The notes under the pieces are model-generated. The model had not been told where the DNA came from. It made no database searches and saw only the letters and a program-made list of their open reading frames with translations. Shown here one piece after another: positions 39,966-51,800 of a stretch of 64,000 bases of DNA (the stretch's first letter is position 1; every line of letters starts with the position of its first letter). The position numbers and the translations under genes were made by a program. Origin of the DNA: an uncultured Gemmatimonadaceae bacterium (lineage in GTDB: Bacteria > Gemmatimonadota > Gemmatimonadetes > Gemmatimonadales > Gemmatimonadaceae); contig CAWBOC010000010.1 of assembly GCA_963790305.1 (NCBI GenBank), forward strand, positions 384,001-448,000. The letters are read 5' to 3'.

Positions 39966-40952
39966 ATGGCCGCGCACGCTCCGCATCGCCCAATCGCCGT
40001 CTTTCACGAGCATCCGCACTGGTTCGCTCCGCTATTCGCGGAGCTCGAGCGGCGGGGCTTGCCCTACGATCGGATCGATGCCGCCTCGCATTCCTTCGAT
40101 CCCTCCGAGCGTTCTGCTCCGTATTCGCTGGTGGTCAATCGGGCGAGCCCATCCGCGTATCTCAGGGGACATGCGCAGAGCCTCTTTTACACGCTGCACT
40201 GGCTCCGTCACCTGGATCTCCTCGGCGTTCCGGTCGTGAACGGCGCGGATGTCTACGGGCTCGAGCTCTCGAAGGCGTTGCAGCTCGACCTGCTCGAGGA
40301 GCTCGGGCTCCCCTACCCGCGCGCTCGTGTCATCAACAACCCGGCGCAGGCGCCGGCGATCGCGGCCGCGCTCCGGGCGCCGGTGCTCGTCAAGGCGAAC
40401 GTGGGAGGCAGCGGCGCCGGGATCGTCCGGTACGAGACCACGGCGGCGCTCACGGAGGCGGTCAAGCAGGGGCGCGTCGAGCTCGGCGTCGACGGGACAG
40501 CGCTCGTGCAGGAGTGCGCGCCGCTCCGCGACGGCCACATCACGCGTGTCGAGACGTTAGGCGGCTCGTTTCTCTACGCGATCAACGTATATCCCGCGAC
40601 GGGATCGTTCGATCTCTGCCCGGCGGACGCCTGCCAGACGACCGAGGGCGTCGAGCTCGTGCGCGGGGCGTGCGCCGTCGACGCTCCGCGGACGGGACTT
40701 CGCGTCGAGGCCGCGCGACCGCCCGCGGAGATCATCGCGCAGGTGGAGCACATCGCTCGCGCGGCGCGGCTCGACGTGGGCGGGATCGAGTACCTCGTCG
40801 ATGATCGCGACGGTCGCCACTACTTCTACGACATCAATGCACTCTCGAACTTCGTGGCCGATGCACCCAACGTCATCGGCTTCGATCCGTGGGTGCCGCT
40901 GGTGGACTATCTGGAGCAACGCGCCGGCCTCGCGCAGGCGAAGGTGGCCTGA
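39966..40952 (+). CDS. ATP-grasp (RimK-like) protein
   Basis: GAGGAG RBS; HEHPHWF, VNG, KANVGGSGAGI, LVQE, GGIEY, YDINALSNFV. Confidence 0.85.
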   Translation: MAAHAPHRPIAVFHEHPHWFAPLFAELERRGLPYDRIDAASHSFDPSERSAPYSLVVNRASPSAYLRGHAQSLFYTLHWLRHLDLLGVPVVNGADVYGLELSKALQLDLLEELGLPYPRARVINNPAQAPAIAAALRAPVLVKANVGGSGAGIVRYETTAALTEAVKQGRVELGVDGTALVQECAPLRDGHITRVETLGGSFLYAINVYPATGSFDLCPADACQTTEGVELVRGACAVDAPRTGLRVEAARPPAEIIAQVEHIARAARLDVGGIEYLVDDRDGRHYFYDINALSNFVADAPNVIGFDPWVPLVDYLEQRAGLAQAKVA

Positions 40953-41998
40953 TGCGCTACGGCTACTGGCTGCCCGTCTTCGGTGGGTGGCTGCGCAACG
41001 TCCCTGACGAGGGCATGGCACCGACGTGGGAGTACGTCCGGCGTCTCGCCCAGCGCAGCGAGCAGATCGGGTACGATCTGACGCTCATCGCCGAGCTGTT
41101 TCTCAACGACATCAAGGGCATCACCGCTCCGTCGCTTGATGCGTGGTCGACCGCCGCCGCGCTCGCCGCCGTGACCGAGCGACTCGAGCTCATGATCGCG
41201 GTGCGTCCGACCTTCCATAACCCGGCGATTCTTGCCAAGCAGGCGGCGAGCATCGATCGCATCTCGACCGGGCGCGTGGCGCTCAACGTCGTCTCGTCAT
41301 GGTGGCGCGACGAGGCCCGTCGGTACGGCGTGCAGTTCGACGAGCACGATGACCGCTACGCGCGAACGGCCGAGTGGCTCGCGATCGTCGACGGTGTGTG
41401 GCGCGAGCCCACGTTCAGCTTCCGCGGGAAATACTTCCAGGTCGATGAGACGATCGCCGAGCCGAAGCCGCTCAGGCGGCCGCGTCCTCCGGTCTATGCC
41501 GGTGGAGAGTCGGACGCGGCGAAGGCGCTCATCGCGCGGACGTGCGACGCGTACGTCATGCATGGCGACCCGCCGGAACGCATCGCGCCGCGCATCGCCG
41601 AGCTGGCGAGGCGTCGCGAGGAGGCGGGGCTTCCCCCGATGGGGTTCGGCATGGCGGCGTACGCGATCGTCCGGTCAACGGAGCGGGAGGCGCGGCGCGA
41701 GCTCGAGCGGATCACGAACGTCGCGCCTGGCTCGCCCGGGTATGGCAACTACAGCGACTGGGTGGCGAACACGAGGCTCGAGCAACGGCTGAGCCTCGAG
41801 GACTACTCGGTGTCGAACCGCGGATTGCGCGCCGGACTGGTCGGGACGCCGGAGCAGGTCGCCGACCGCGTGCGAAGCTTCGCCGCGATCGGCGTCGATC
41901 TTCTGCTCCTGCAGTGCAGCCCGCAGGTCGAGGAGATGGAACGCTTCGCCGCCGACGTCATGCCACTGGTTGGCGCTCGGCGCGAGGCGGCGGCGTGA
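40952..41998 (+). CDS. LLM-class flavin-dependent monooxygenase (SsuD/SfnG-like)
   Basis: YWLPVFGGW, LDAWSTAAALAA, AVRP, NVVSSWW, YAGGES, LVGTPEQVA. Confidence 0.9.
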   Translation: MRYGYWLPVFGGWLRNVPDEGMAPTWEYVRRLAQRSEQIGYDLTLIAELFLNDIKGITAPSLDAWSTAAALAAVTERLELMIAVRPTFHNPAILAKQAASIDRISTGRVALNVVSSWWRDEARRYGVQFDEHDDRYARTAEWLAIVDGVWREPTFSFRGKYFQVDETIAEPKPLRRPRPPVYAGGESDAAKALIARTCDAYVMHGDPPERIAPRIAELARRREEAGLPPMGFGMAAYAIVRSTEREARRELERITNVAPGSPGYGNYSDWVANTRLEQRLSLEDYSVSNRGLRAGLVGTPEQVADRVRSFAAIGVDLLLLQCSPQVEEMERFAADVMPLVGARREAAA

Positions 41999-42062
41999 CC
42001 CGGACACTTGCACGGGGATGGTAGACGCTGCAGAATCAGGTACTTACCGCTTCGAGGTTCCA

Positions 42063-42524
42063 ATGACCTCGTCCTGCTCGCGCATCCCGCTCGTCCTCGC
42101 GCTCGGCCTTGCTCTCACCACCGGGTGCAAATCGGCGCAGCGCGCCGACACCGATCCGCCGCCGCCACGTCGCGACGACGTCACGGCCGAGGACATCGAG
42201 CGCGCGCCCGGCCAGCCCATCGAGGAGATTCTCAAGGGTCGCGTCGCCGGCGTCACGGTTACACAGGGGCAAGGGGGTCTCGTCGTCCGAATCCGGGGCG
42301 TCAGCTCGTTTTATGGCAACAACGAGCCGCTCTACGTGCTCGATGACGTTCCGATCACGCCAGGGTCCGGCGGCGTCCTGAGGGGGCTAAGCCCGTACGA
42401 CATCGAATCGATCAACGTGCTGAAGGATCCGGCCGAGACGGCACTCTATGGTGTGCGCGGAGCGAATGGCGTCATCGTGATCCGGACGAAGCGTCCAGTG
42501 AAGAACAAGACCCCAAGCGGATAG
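42063..42524 (+). CDS. Lipoprotein consisting of a TonB-receptor plug domain only
   Basis: Lipobox TTGC; IRG...PLYVLDD...DIESINVLKD..ALYGVRGANGVIVIRTK, then stop. Confidence 0.85.
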   Translation: MTSSCSRIPLVLALGLALTTGCKSAQRADTDPPPPRRDDVTAEDIERAPGQPIEEILKGRVAGVTVTQGQGGLVVRIRGVSSFYGNNEPLYVLDDVPITPGSGGVLRGLSPYDIESINVLKDPAETALYGVRGANGVIVIRTKRPVKNKTPSG

Positions 42525-42628
42525 ATCGCGCGCTCACCGACGTCTTCTTGACAATCCCGCCCCTCGGCCGTAATACGATCTAGCTTTTCCGGGCCTTCTT
42601 GCTCGTGACGGGCTCGGCCTAACGCGGT

Positions 42629-43592
42629 GTGAAGTCGACAAGCCTCAGGTCCTCTTACAAGGAGGGTCGCACGCGGCTGCTCGGTCTCTTCGCTCTGCTC
42701 CTGTTGTGCCCACTCTCCTCGTCCTGCGCGCCGACCCGTGTGGCCGGCCAGACGGATGCGGCCCCGCGTGCGGCCAACGCCCAGCCGACCTATCTCCTCA
42801 TCCGCAGTGATGATGCGGGGATGAGTCACAGTGTGAACCTGGGCCTCCAGCGGCTGATCGAGAGCGGCTTGCCCGTCTCGATCTCGGTGATGTTTCCCAC
42901 GCCGTGGTACCAGGAGACCGTCGAGCTCCTGAAGCGGCACCCCACGGTATCGGCGGGCATTCACCTGACGCTCAACTCGGAGTGGAAAAACTATCGGTGG
43001 GGACCGGTGTTGGGCCGTACGGCGGTTCCCAGCCTGGTGGACGCGCGAGGGATACTTTTTCCCGTCCGCTGACACCCTCTACAAGAACCGCCCCGACCTG
43101 CAGGAGGTCGAGCGGGAGCTGCGCGCGCAGATCGAGCGCGCCCTCCGGTCCGGCCTCAGGATCGACTACGTCGATTACCACATGGGCACGGTCATGCGCT
43201 ACCCCGAGTTCCGCGAGATCACCGAGCGGCTCGCCCGGGAGTTCTCGTTAGGGATGTCGGGCTATTTCGGCGAGACCAGCCACGACCCGCAGTACGCGGC
43301 GCCTCCGCGGGCCAAGCTCGACAGCCTGCTGGTCATGGTGAACCGCCTCGAGCCCGGCCTCAACCTCGTGGTCACCCACGTCGGGATCGATGATGCGGAG
43401 CTGGGTGCGCTACTGGACATGAACACATCGAATCCGCTCCCCGACATGAGCAAGAATCGTCAGGGAGAGCTCGACGCCCTTACGTCACCGCGGTTCAGCG
43501 CCGCCGTCAAGGCGCGCAACATCCGCCTCGTGACGTATCGCGATTTGATCCAAATGCACGGCCTGCAGGTGATGCGACGCCCCGGAGGATGA
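42629..43592 (+). CDS. ChbG/YdjC family carbohydrate deacetylase; frameshift near 43050
   Basis: LIRSDDAG, GIHLTLNSEW, ELRAQIE, YVDYHMG, VTHVG. Confidence 0.85.
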
Positions 43593-43621
43593 GAACGATC
43601 TGCGCCACTCGGAGGTTTCCC

Positions 43622-46600
43622 ATGGAGAAGATGCTGTCAGGTAGAAGTGCGTTCCGGAACGGCGCCGCTCGCCGCGTCGCGATGATGAGCGCGCTGTTCG
43701 CGCTGGTCTGGAGCGGAGCCGCGCTGAGCCAGGAGATCGGGGTGTCGGGAACGGTCACGGCGCCCACCGGTGCTCCCCTGCGGGAAGTTCTTGTCCGCGT
43801 CCAGGGCGGCGATGCGCGGACGCTGACTGACGCGGCCGGACGATACGCATTGCGAGCGCCCACCGATGGGGTGCTGAGCTTTTCCCTCCTCGGCCGCCGC
43901 GCCACGCAGCAACAGATCGCGGGCCGCACGACGATCGACGTCGTCATGGAGCAGGTTCCCTATCTCGAAGAGGTGGTAGTCACCTCGTACACGGAACAAC
44001 GGCGAGCGGATATCACGGGAGCGGTCGCCAGTGTCGATCTGGATGCGGCGAACCGGCAAACGGGAGCCAGTGTCCTGCAGCGGCTCGATGCGACCGCGCC
44101 GGGTGTCACGGTCGTTTCGAGCGGCTCTCCCGGGTCGCGCAGCACCGTCCGAGTGCGCGGCATCAGCTCGTTCCAGAACAACGATCCGCTCTACATCGTG
44201 GACGGGACGCCGGTTCAGGATTCCTACATGAACTTCCTGAACCCTAACGACATCACGTCCATCCAGGTGCTGAAGGATGCATCGGCCGCCTCGATCTACG
44301 GCGCGCGAGCCAACAATGGCGTGATCGTCATCGAGACGACCAGGAAGGGGGCGGGTGGGCCGCCGCAGGTGACCCTGCGGATGAGAACCGGCATCGCCAG
44401 CCCGGTGCGCGGCTACGACGATTTCCTCATCACGAACGCGCTCGACTATCACGCGGTGCTCAAGGCGAGCTATCTCAACGCGGGGGAGCCGGTTCCGACC
44501 AACGTGTACGGCGACCCCAACAGTCCGTCCATCCCGGCGTACATCTGGCCGAACGCCTGCGCCGCCACGCCGCAGCCCGCCTCCTGCGCGAACGTGGTCA
44601 CGGCGTTCGATGCGTTTGGCCGGCCCACCGCGGTGAATTCGAACGCGTATTCGTTCCCCAACACCTTGATCATGCCCGGCAGCGCGGGCACCAACTGGTG
44701 GGACGCCGTCTTCGGGACGGCGCCGGTTCACGACTACAACTTCGATGTGTCCGGTGGCAGCGACGTCAATGCCTACCGTGTCTCCTTCAACTACTTCAAC
44801 CAGGGCGGCACGGCGCGGTGGAACGACTTCAAGCGAGGAAGCGTCCGCGTCAACACCCAGTTCAATCGCGGGCGGCTGAGCTTTGGGGAAAACCTCTCCA
44901 TCGCCGTCAATCGGCATCGCGGTGGCATGCCGAACGATCCGGACGACTACGTCGAAGACGGCATTCTCGGCAAGAACATTCTGATGCAGCCGGTGATTCC
45001 CGTCTACGACATCAATGGGAACTTTGCCGGCGGGAAAGGCCACCGGCCTGGGCAACCAGAGCAATCCGCTCAAGGCCGCATGGGCGGCGAAGGACGACGA
45101 GAACAAGACCGACCAGATGTTCGGTAACGTGTTCGCGGGCCTCGACGTCGTCGAGAACCTGACGTTCAGGACCAGCCTCGGGTTCAATCTGAGCCAGGTC
45201 TCGGTCCTGACCTTTACGCCGAGCTTCCCCGAGGTTGCGGAGGCGACATTCAGCAGCGCCCAGGCCGAGAACACGAATCGATTCACGGACTGGACGTGGA
45301 GCAACACCCTGCGATACAGCAAGGTGCTCTTCTCGCAGCACACGCTGAACATCCTGCTCGGGCAGGAAGCCAACGCGAGCAACAACCGGTACATCGAGGG
45401 ATCGATCGGCAGCCTCATCAACACCGATCCGGATTCCCGGTACATCCAGGACGCCCTCGGTGCGGGCAAGAACGTCCTCAGCACCGGTGGTCGGAGCGCG
45501 TTGTTGTCGTTCTTCGGAAAGGCCGACTACAACTTCAACGACCGCTACGTCGCGAGCGTTACGCTGCGACGGGATGGGTCCTCGCGACTCGGTCCCGGAA
45601 ACCGGTGGGGAACGTTCCCGGCGTTCGGGCTCGGGTGGAGAATCACCAACGAGCCCTTCCTGGCGAACAACAGAATCCTCTCCGATGTCATGCTGCGGTA
45701 TGGATGGGGCGTCACCGGAAACCAGTTCATACCCTCAGGACGCATCTGTCGCCAGGTACGGCGGCGACCGTGGAAACTCCTACTACGACGTCAACGGGGC
45801 AAATAGCACCCTCGTCGGAGGATACCGGCAGGTTTCCCAGGGGAATCCCAACCTGAAGTGGGAAGAGAACAGATCCACGAACATCGGCGCCGACATGGTG
45901 CTGTTCGAGGGACTGCTCAATGTCGTTCTCGATGTCTACCAGCGGCAGACGAACAACCTGCTGTTCGATCCGCGACAGCCGGCCACGGCAGGCGACGCCG
46001 ATCCCCCGATTCTCAACGTCGGGAAGATGCGAAACACCGGCTTCGATCTCTCCATCGGCCATGAGGGCTCGTTCTGGAACGCTACCCTCAACGTGGGCCG
46101 CTACAAGAACAAGATCGTCTCGATTGATGGAGCGACGGAGTCGTTCCGCGGTCCGATCTCGACGCGCTTCGGCAACCAGGTCATCAATCAGGTTGGTCAC
46201 CCGATCGGCTCGTTCTATGGCTACATCGCCGATGGGTTCTTCCGCGATGCTGCCGACGTCGCGGCGCATGCCGACCCAGGCCGGCAAAGCGCCGGGCAGG
46301 ATCAAGTTCCGGGATGTGAATGGCGACGGCTCAGTCACCCTCGCCGACCAAACCATCATTGGCAATCCGCATCCCGATTTCACCGCCGGCCTGGACCTCG
46401 GCGCCCGCCGTGGAAATTTCGATCTGAGCGCCACGTTCTTTGGTACGTTCGGGAACGACATCTTCGAGAACCAGAAGGAGTTCTACGTCTTTCGCGAGTT
46501 CAGCACCAATGTCCGACAGGACCTGCTCGCGAATTCATGGACGCCGCAAAATCCGAACTCCAAGTATCCCCGTCTCGACAAGAACGACACGTTCAGCTGG

Positions 46601-46891
46601 GCGCTGAGCAGCTACTACGTCGAGGATGGATCGTACATCAGGCTGCGCAACATGCAGCTGGGGTACACCGTTCCCAACTCGTTCGGGCGGTGGTTCAAGG
46701 CCGGCTCGAGGGTGTATTTGGCGGCGGAGAACCTGTTCACGATCACCGATTACGAGGGTCTCGATCCATCGTTGCCCGCCGCGAACATCAACGGTGCGGC
46801 CGGCGACGTTCGTGACCAGTATCGCGGCGTCGATCGTGGATCGTATCCGAGCAACAGAGTGTTCAGCATTGGCGTCGTCACCTCCTTCTAA
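43622..46891 (+). CDS. susC: SusC/RagA family TonB-dependent transporter; three frameshifts (~45035, ~45745, ~46277)
   Basis: PLYIVDG, VLKDASAASIYGARANNGVIVIETT, RRDGSSR, LKWE, GRIKFRDVNGDG, VEDGSYIRL, terminal F. Confidence 0.92.
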
Positions 46892-46919
46892 TCACAACGC
46901 CTTTTTCAAGGAAGCAGAG

Positions 46920-48716
46920 ATGATAAAACCGCTATCGCGGCACCCGCTGCTCTTCGGGACGGCGTTTGTGCTTCTCGCGGGAGGTGCAGTGCACGGCTGC
47001 TCCGATTTCCTCGAGAACGCGGCGGCCCCGCAGGGAACGCTGGATGACAAGACGATCGCGAGTCGCGTCGGCGTCGAAGGTACGCTCATCGGGGCGTACC
47101 GCACGCTCGACTGCACCACCACCACCAATAGCGACTGGGGGTGCGCTGCCAGCAACTGGGTCTTTGCGTCGGTCGCGGCCGACGATTCGTACAAGGGATC
47201 CGACGGCAGCGACCAGCCCCCGATCAACGACATCGAGGGATACCACTGGGGCACGCCTAACGCCGAGTCTTATCTGAATACCAAGTGGTCCCACGTCTAT
47301 GAAGGCGTTGTTCGAAGCAACGCGACCCTGCGCCTGCTGCAGCAGGTCATGGCGATATCGACCGAAATCCCCGACGCACTCGCCTCCGAGATCGAGGGCG
47401 AGGCGCTGTTCCTCAGGGCGCACTACCACTTCGAGGCATGGCGGATGTGGGGACGTATTCCGTACTACTTCGAGGATGATGAGGATACTCGCAAGCCGAA
47501 CCTGTCGAGCGCCGAGGTCGTAACGGCCCTGCTGGCGGACCTCGACGCAGCCATTGCAAAGCTGCCTTTGACTCCGCGGAATGGGCAAAAGGGCCGAGCG
47601 ACACGGTGGGCCGCGAAGGCCTACAAGGGACGCGTGCAGGTGTATGCCGGGCAATACGCTGCGGCCGTGACGACGTTGCAGGACGTCAGGCTCAACGGAC
47701 CGTATGCGCTCCAGCCAAGCTTTGACCAGGTGTGGAGCGGTTTTCAGGAGTATTCGAACGGACCGGAGACCATATTCGCCTATCAGGCCTCCACGAACGA
47801 CGGAGAACCCAATGGCGACAATGGCAACTGGGGCGAACGACTGAATTTCCCATACTCCGGAAGCCATTTCGGCTGCTGCGGATTCAATCAGCCAAGTCAG
47901 AACCTGGTGAACTTCTACCGGGTCGACGCCGCGGGCCTTCCCCTGGCCCTATCGGCCCCAGGGAGCTGGAACGCATCGAATGCGAACATGACGGCGGCGA
48001 CGGTTCCGGTGGTAGATCCGCGGCTTGATTGGACCGTTGGTCGCGACGGCGTGCCGTACAAGGATTGGGGAGCTCACAGCTCGAGCGGGGGCTGGGTCCG
48101 TGACGTGGCCAACGGTGGGCCGTACAGCCCCAAGAAGAACGCGCATGAAAAGGCCAGTGGCGCGGAACAGGTGTCTGGTGGCTGGGCGCCGACCCAGCAG
48201 AATTCCATCAACATTCATCTCTTCCGTTATGCGGACATGCTCTTGCTCCTGGCCGAGGCAATGATAGAGACCAACGACCTGGCAGGCGCGACGGCGATCG
48301 TCAATCAGATCAGGGCACGTGCAGCAGTCCGGGCCCAGGGCCCGGGAACCGATCGCGCGACGATCGCGGTGCCGATCAATAGCCCGTCGATCACCTGGGC
48401 GGTTTACAACGTCGGCCAGTATCCGGTGTTCGCGAGTCAGGCTTTTGCGCGGGACGCGGTTCGGGCGGAACGCCGGCTCGAGCTCGCGCTGGAAGGACAA
48501 CGGCTGTTCGACCTGCGGCGCTGGGGAATTGCTGACGCGACTCTCAATGGCTACATCAACGGCGTCGGCGGAGGAGCCGAGGAGACCCGGAGACTCTACA
48601 AGGCGAGTGCGGAGACGTTCACGGCCAAGCACGCCCTGTACCCGATTCCGCAGATTCAGATCTCGCTGAGCCGGGTAGGCGGGGAGGATCGCCTAACGCA
48701 GAATCCGGGGTGGTGA
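46920..48716 (+). CDS. susD: SusD/RagB family lipoprotein
   Basis: Lipobox HGC; GEALFLRA, RYADMLLLLAEA, ERRLELALEG.RLFDLRRWG, QNPGW. Confidence 0.93.
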   Translation: MIKPLSRHPLLFGTAFVLLAGGAVHGCSDFLENAAAPQGTLDDKTIASRVGVEGTLIGAYRTLDCTTTTNSDWGCAASNWVFASVAADDSYKGSDGSDQPPINDIEGYHWGTPNAESYLNTKWSHVYEGVVRSNATLRLLQQVMAISTEIPDALASEIEGEALFLRAHYHFEAWRMWGRIPYYFEDDEDTRKPNLSSAEVVTALLADLDAAIAKLPLTPRNGQKGRATRWAAKAYKGRVQVYAGQYAAAVTTLQDVRLNGPYALQPSFDQVWSGFQEYSNGPETIFAYQASTNDGEPNGDNGNWGERLNFPYSGSHFGCCGFNQPSQNLVNFYRVDAAGLPLALSAPGSWNASNANMTAATVPVVDPRLDWTVGRDGVPYKDWGAHSSSGGWVRDVANGGPYSPKKNAHEKASGAEQVSGGWAPTQQNSINIHLFRYADMLLLLAEAMIETNDLAGATAIVNQIRARAAVRAQGPGTDRATIAVPINSPSITWAVYNVGQYPVFASQAFARDAVRAERRLELALEGQRLFDLRRWGIADATLNGYINGVGGGAEETRRLYKASAETFTAKHALYPIPQIQISLSRVGGEDRLTQNPGW

Positions 48717-48725
48717 GAAGAAGCT

Positions 48726-48817
48726 GAGGCGCTAAAGGCGCTAGAGGCGCTAAGGGCGCTGGGGACTTCCCTCAGCGCCTTTAGCGCGTTTAGCGCCCCT
48801 AGCGCCTCTAGCGCCTC
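48726..48817. repeat. (GGCGCTAGA)n ... (TCTAGCGCC)n nonamer inverted element
   Basis: About four units per arm; overlaps the 3' end of the convergent FG-GAP gene. Confidence 0.88.
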
Positions 48818-51800
48818 TGATCGCGAACGTCTGAAGCGAATCGCCCGTATTCGCGACGAGCAGCGCCTTGCCGGCTGGCGTGTCGATCAGCGCCAGCCCC
48901 GCGACGTTCAACGGAGCAAGGAAGCCACTTTCGCTCGCCGGCACTGGGGCGAAGTGACCTCGGCCGTCGCCTCTGAGCCACAGCCCGTTCCCCGCATCCG
49001 CTCGCGGCGTATTGGGCTCGGTGTCATAGAGATTCCCAGCCAGAATGACATCGCGATGCCCGTCACCATCGACATCGTGGACGACGATCGCGCGGACGGG
49101 TGAGATTTGCGCCAGAGTGGGCAACCGTGACACGCTGAAAGTCCCACCGCCATCGTTACGCAGGAACACGCTCGCGAACGTATCGGCCTCGTAATGCAGG
49201 GCCTGCCGGAGCTGAGCGGCGCTGAATAGCTGCGAGATCGTCGCTCGCGCGAACGATCCATACGTTGGGAATTTCAGCGCCGTCTGATAGATCGCCCGAC
49301 CGACGGGGGCCAAACCCCCCAGCGAGTACTCAATGCCATCGATCTTCTTCGTCAGAACGACGTCCGTCGTTTGGTTGCCGGTGAACGTGTTCGCGTACAC
49401 GCCGAACGCACTGTCCTTCAATGCAGTGTACGTATGGTTCAGCCCGAGGTTCCCGGCGATGAGGTCGGACCGACCGTCGCTGTCGAAGTCCGCCGCCGCG
49501 AGGCTATACCACCATCCTCGCAGCGATGGTCGCCGCGTGGCTGACGTGACGTTGCGCAACGTGCTCCCATCGTTTCGATGGAATTGAATCGGCATCCACT
49601 CACCGACGGTCACGAGATCCAGGCGCTTGTCCCCGTCGAAGTCTCCCCAGACCGCGTCAGTGATCATTCCTCCGGGCTCCACGAGCTGGGGTGCAACCTG
49701 CTCAGTGACGTCGCTGAATCGTCCGCCGTCATTGCGAAGCAGGTAACTCCGGGTGGGGTAGGGATACTGCCGCGGCGTTAGGCGGCCACCGACGAAGAGA
49801 TCAGGGCGGCCGTCGCCGTTGAAGTCTCCGGCGCGGACCGTGGACGTGCTCGTGAGCATGACCGGCAGCGCGCCGGTGTCTCTGACGAATCTGCCGCCCC
49901 CGTGGTTGATGTACAGCCGGTCCTGCAACAATGGGGAGCTCGGCGCGAGTTGATAGCCGCCGCTCGCCACGTACAAGTCCAGCCTGCCATCGGCGTTTGC
50001 ATCGAAGAACGTCGCTCCCCAATCCTCGTGCTGCTTGTCCGCATCCCAGGGTTGCGCTCGCGCCGACTCGACGAAGCTTCCGTCCTTGCGCTGCATGAAC
50101 AACGTGCCAGCGAGGCCACCTCCGCCGCCGACGAAGACGTCCTCGAGCGTGTCGCCGTCGACATCCCCGACGGCGAGCGCCGGACCCTGTCGGGAGATCA
50201 TGTACGGCAGGAGCGGCTGTACACTGTAATCGACTGATGTGCCGAGTTGATGCGTGTAGGGAACGCCCTCGATCGGCTCAAACCATCTCCTCCTGTCTTT
50301 TACGTCAGTCGTGTCGTTGGTGAGCCTCGCGTCTATCTGCCTGACGGTGACCAACCGATCGACGTCCAGCCCGGTGAGCACCTGGGCTCGGCCGTCCGGC
50401 CATCGCACTTCGAGACTGTCCACGCGGCGGGCGCGACCGAGGCCAAAGTGCGCGCGCGGATCCACCGTGGACATGAAGCCTCGGTACGGGTTGTAGTACA
50501 GATGCTGCTTTTGCCCTGCGGCCGTCAGCGTCAGCGTCGCCCCGGTCGCGCGTTGCGGTGATTCTCCCTTCAGCTCGACGTTCAGGTAGTGATGCGCGTC
50601 GTCGTTGGGCGCGACGTTGTGATAAATGAACGCCGGTGCGTCGATGTTGCTCACGACGAGGTCGAGCCTGCCGTCGTTGTCGAGATCGGCATAGGCGGCG
50701 CCGTACGAGTAGCTCGGGCGGTCCATCCCCCAGGCGCGTGTCTTGTCGATGAACGTCAGGTCCCCCGCGTTCCGAAAGATGAAGTTGGGTTCCTCGTACC
50801 CGTGAAGGCCCTGGAGGAGCGCGCGAGCTGCTCTGACGGTCCCCGCGTCATTGCGGCGGCCTAACGCGAAAAGGGCGTTCAGGTAATCGAGATCGATGAC
50901 CGCCTTCGGGTAGCCGTTGCCGATGAAGATGTCCTTGTGGCCATCGTTGTCGAAATCGGCAAAAAGGGCGCTCCAGCTCCAATCCGTATGGGCGACTCCC
51001 GCCAGGCGGGAGATTTCGCTGAAGCTGACATTCCCTTCCGTCGTGACGCCATTGCTGAGCTGCAGGGTGTTGAGGCTATAGTCGTAGCGAAACCCTCTTC
51101 GACGCCACTCCTGGAAACTCCCGTATGTCGCGAACCCGCTCATTCGTTTCCGGCGATCCAGATCGCGGGGCATCATGTCGACCTGAAGAATGTCCGGATG
51201 GCCATCGTTGTTGAAATCCGCAATGTCGATCCCCATGCCCGCGGCGCTCGCATGCTTGAGCCACCGATCGGCCTTGTCAGTGAACGTTCCGTCACCGTTG
51301 TTGACGTACACGACGTCGTTCGGTGGACCGTCATTCGACACGTAGATGTCGGGCCATCCATCGCGGTTCAGATCGGCCGAGACCGCCCCCAGCCCGTAAC
51401 CAGCCTTGCGCAGAATTCCTGCGGCATCCGAGACATTGGTGAACCGTCCCCCTTTCTCACCACGGCACGGGTTGCGGTAGAGCTGGTTGTAGCTGTCGGG
51501 TGTCTGGCCACGGAGCGCGGCCGGCTGGTTGGTGACGCCGCGAAAAAAATCCTGGGGGGAATTGGTGAGCAAAAAGACGTCGAGGCATCCGTCACGATCG
51601 TAATCGAGGAAAACGGCGTGCGTCGTAAATCCGACGTCCGCAAGGCCGTATTGCGATGCTGCCTCGGTGAAGGTCCGATTTCCATTGTTGATGAAAAGCA
51701 GGTTCGCGCGATGTTCCGGCGGCGTCCATGCCGGGCCTGAAACGGACACGTAGATATCGAGGTAGCCGTCGTCGTTGATGTCGACCATACTCGCGCCGGT

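Noticed and set aside
43637..45484. 615-aa minus-strand ORF and similar long antisense ORFs
   Set aside because: Shadow frames of high-GC genes with no recognisable motifs.
43622..46891. SusC pseudogene or programmed frameshifting
   Set aside because: Similar indels occur throughout the window, motifs are intact, and there is no consistent slippery site.
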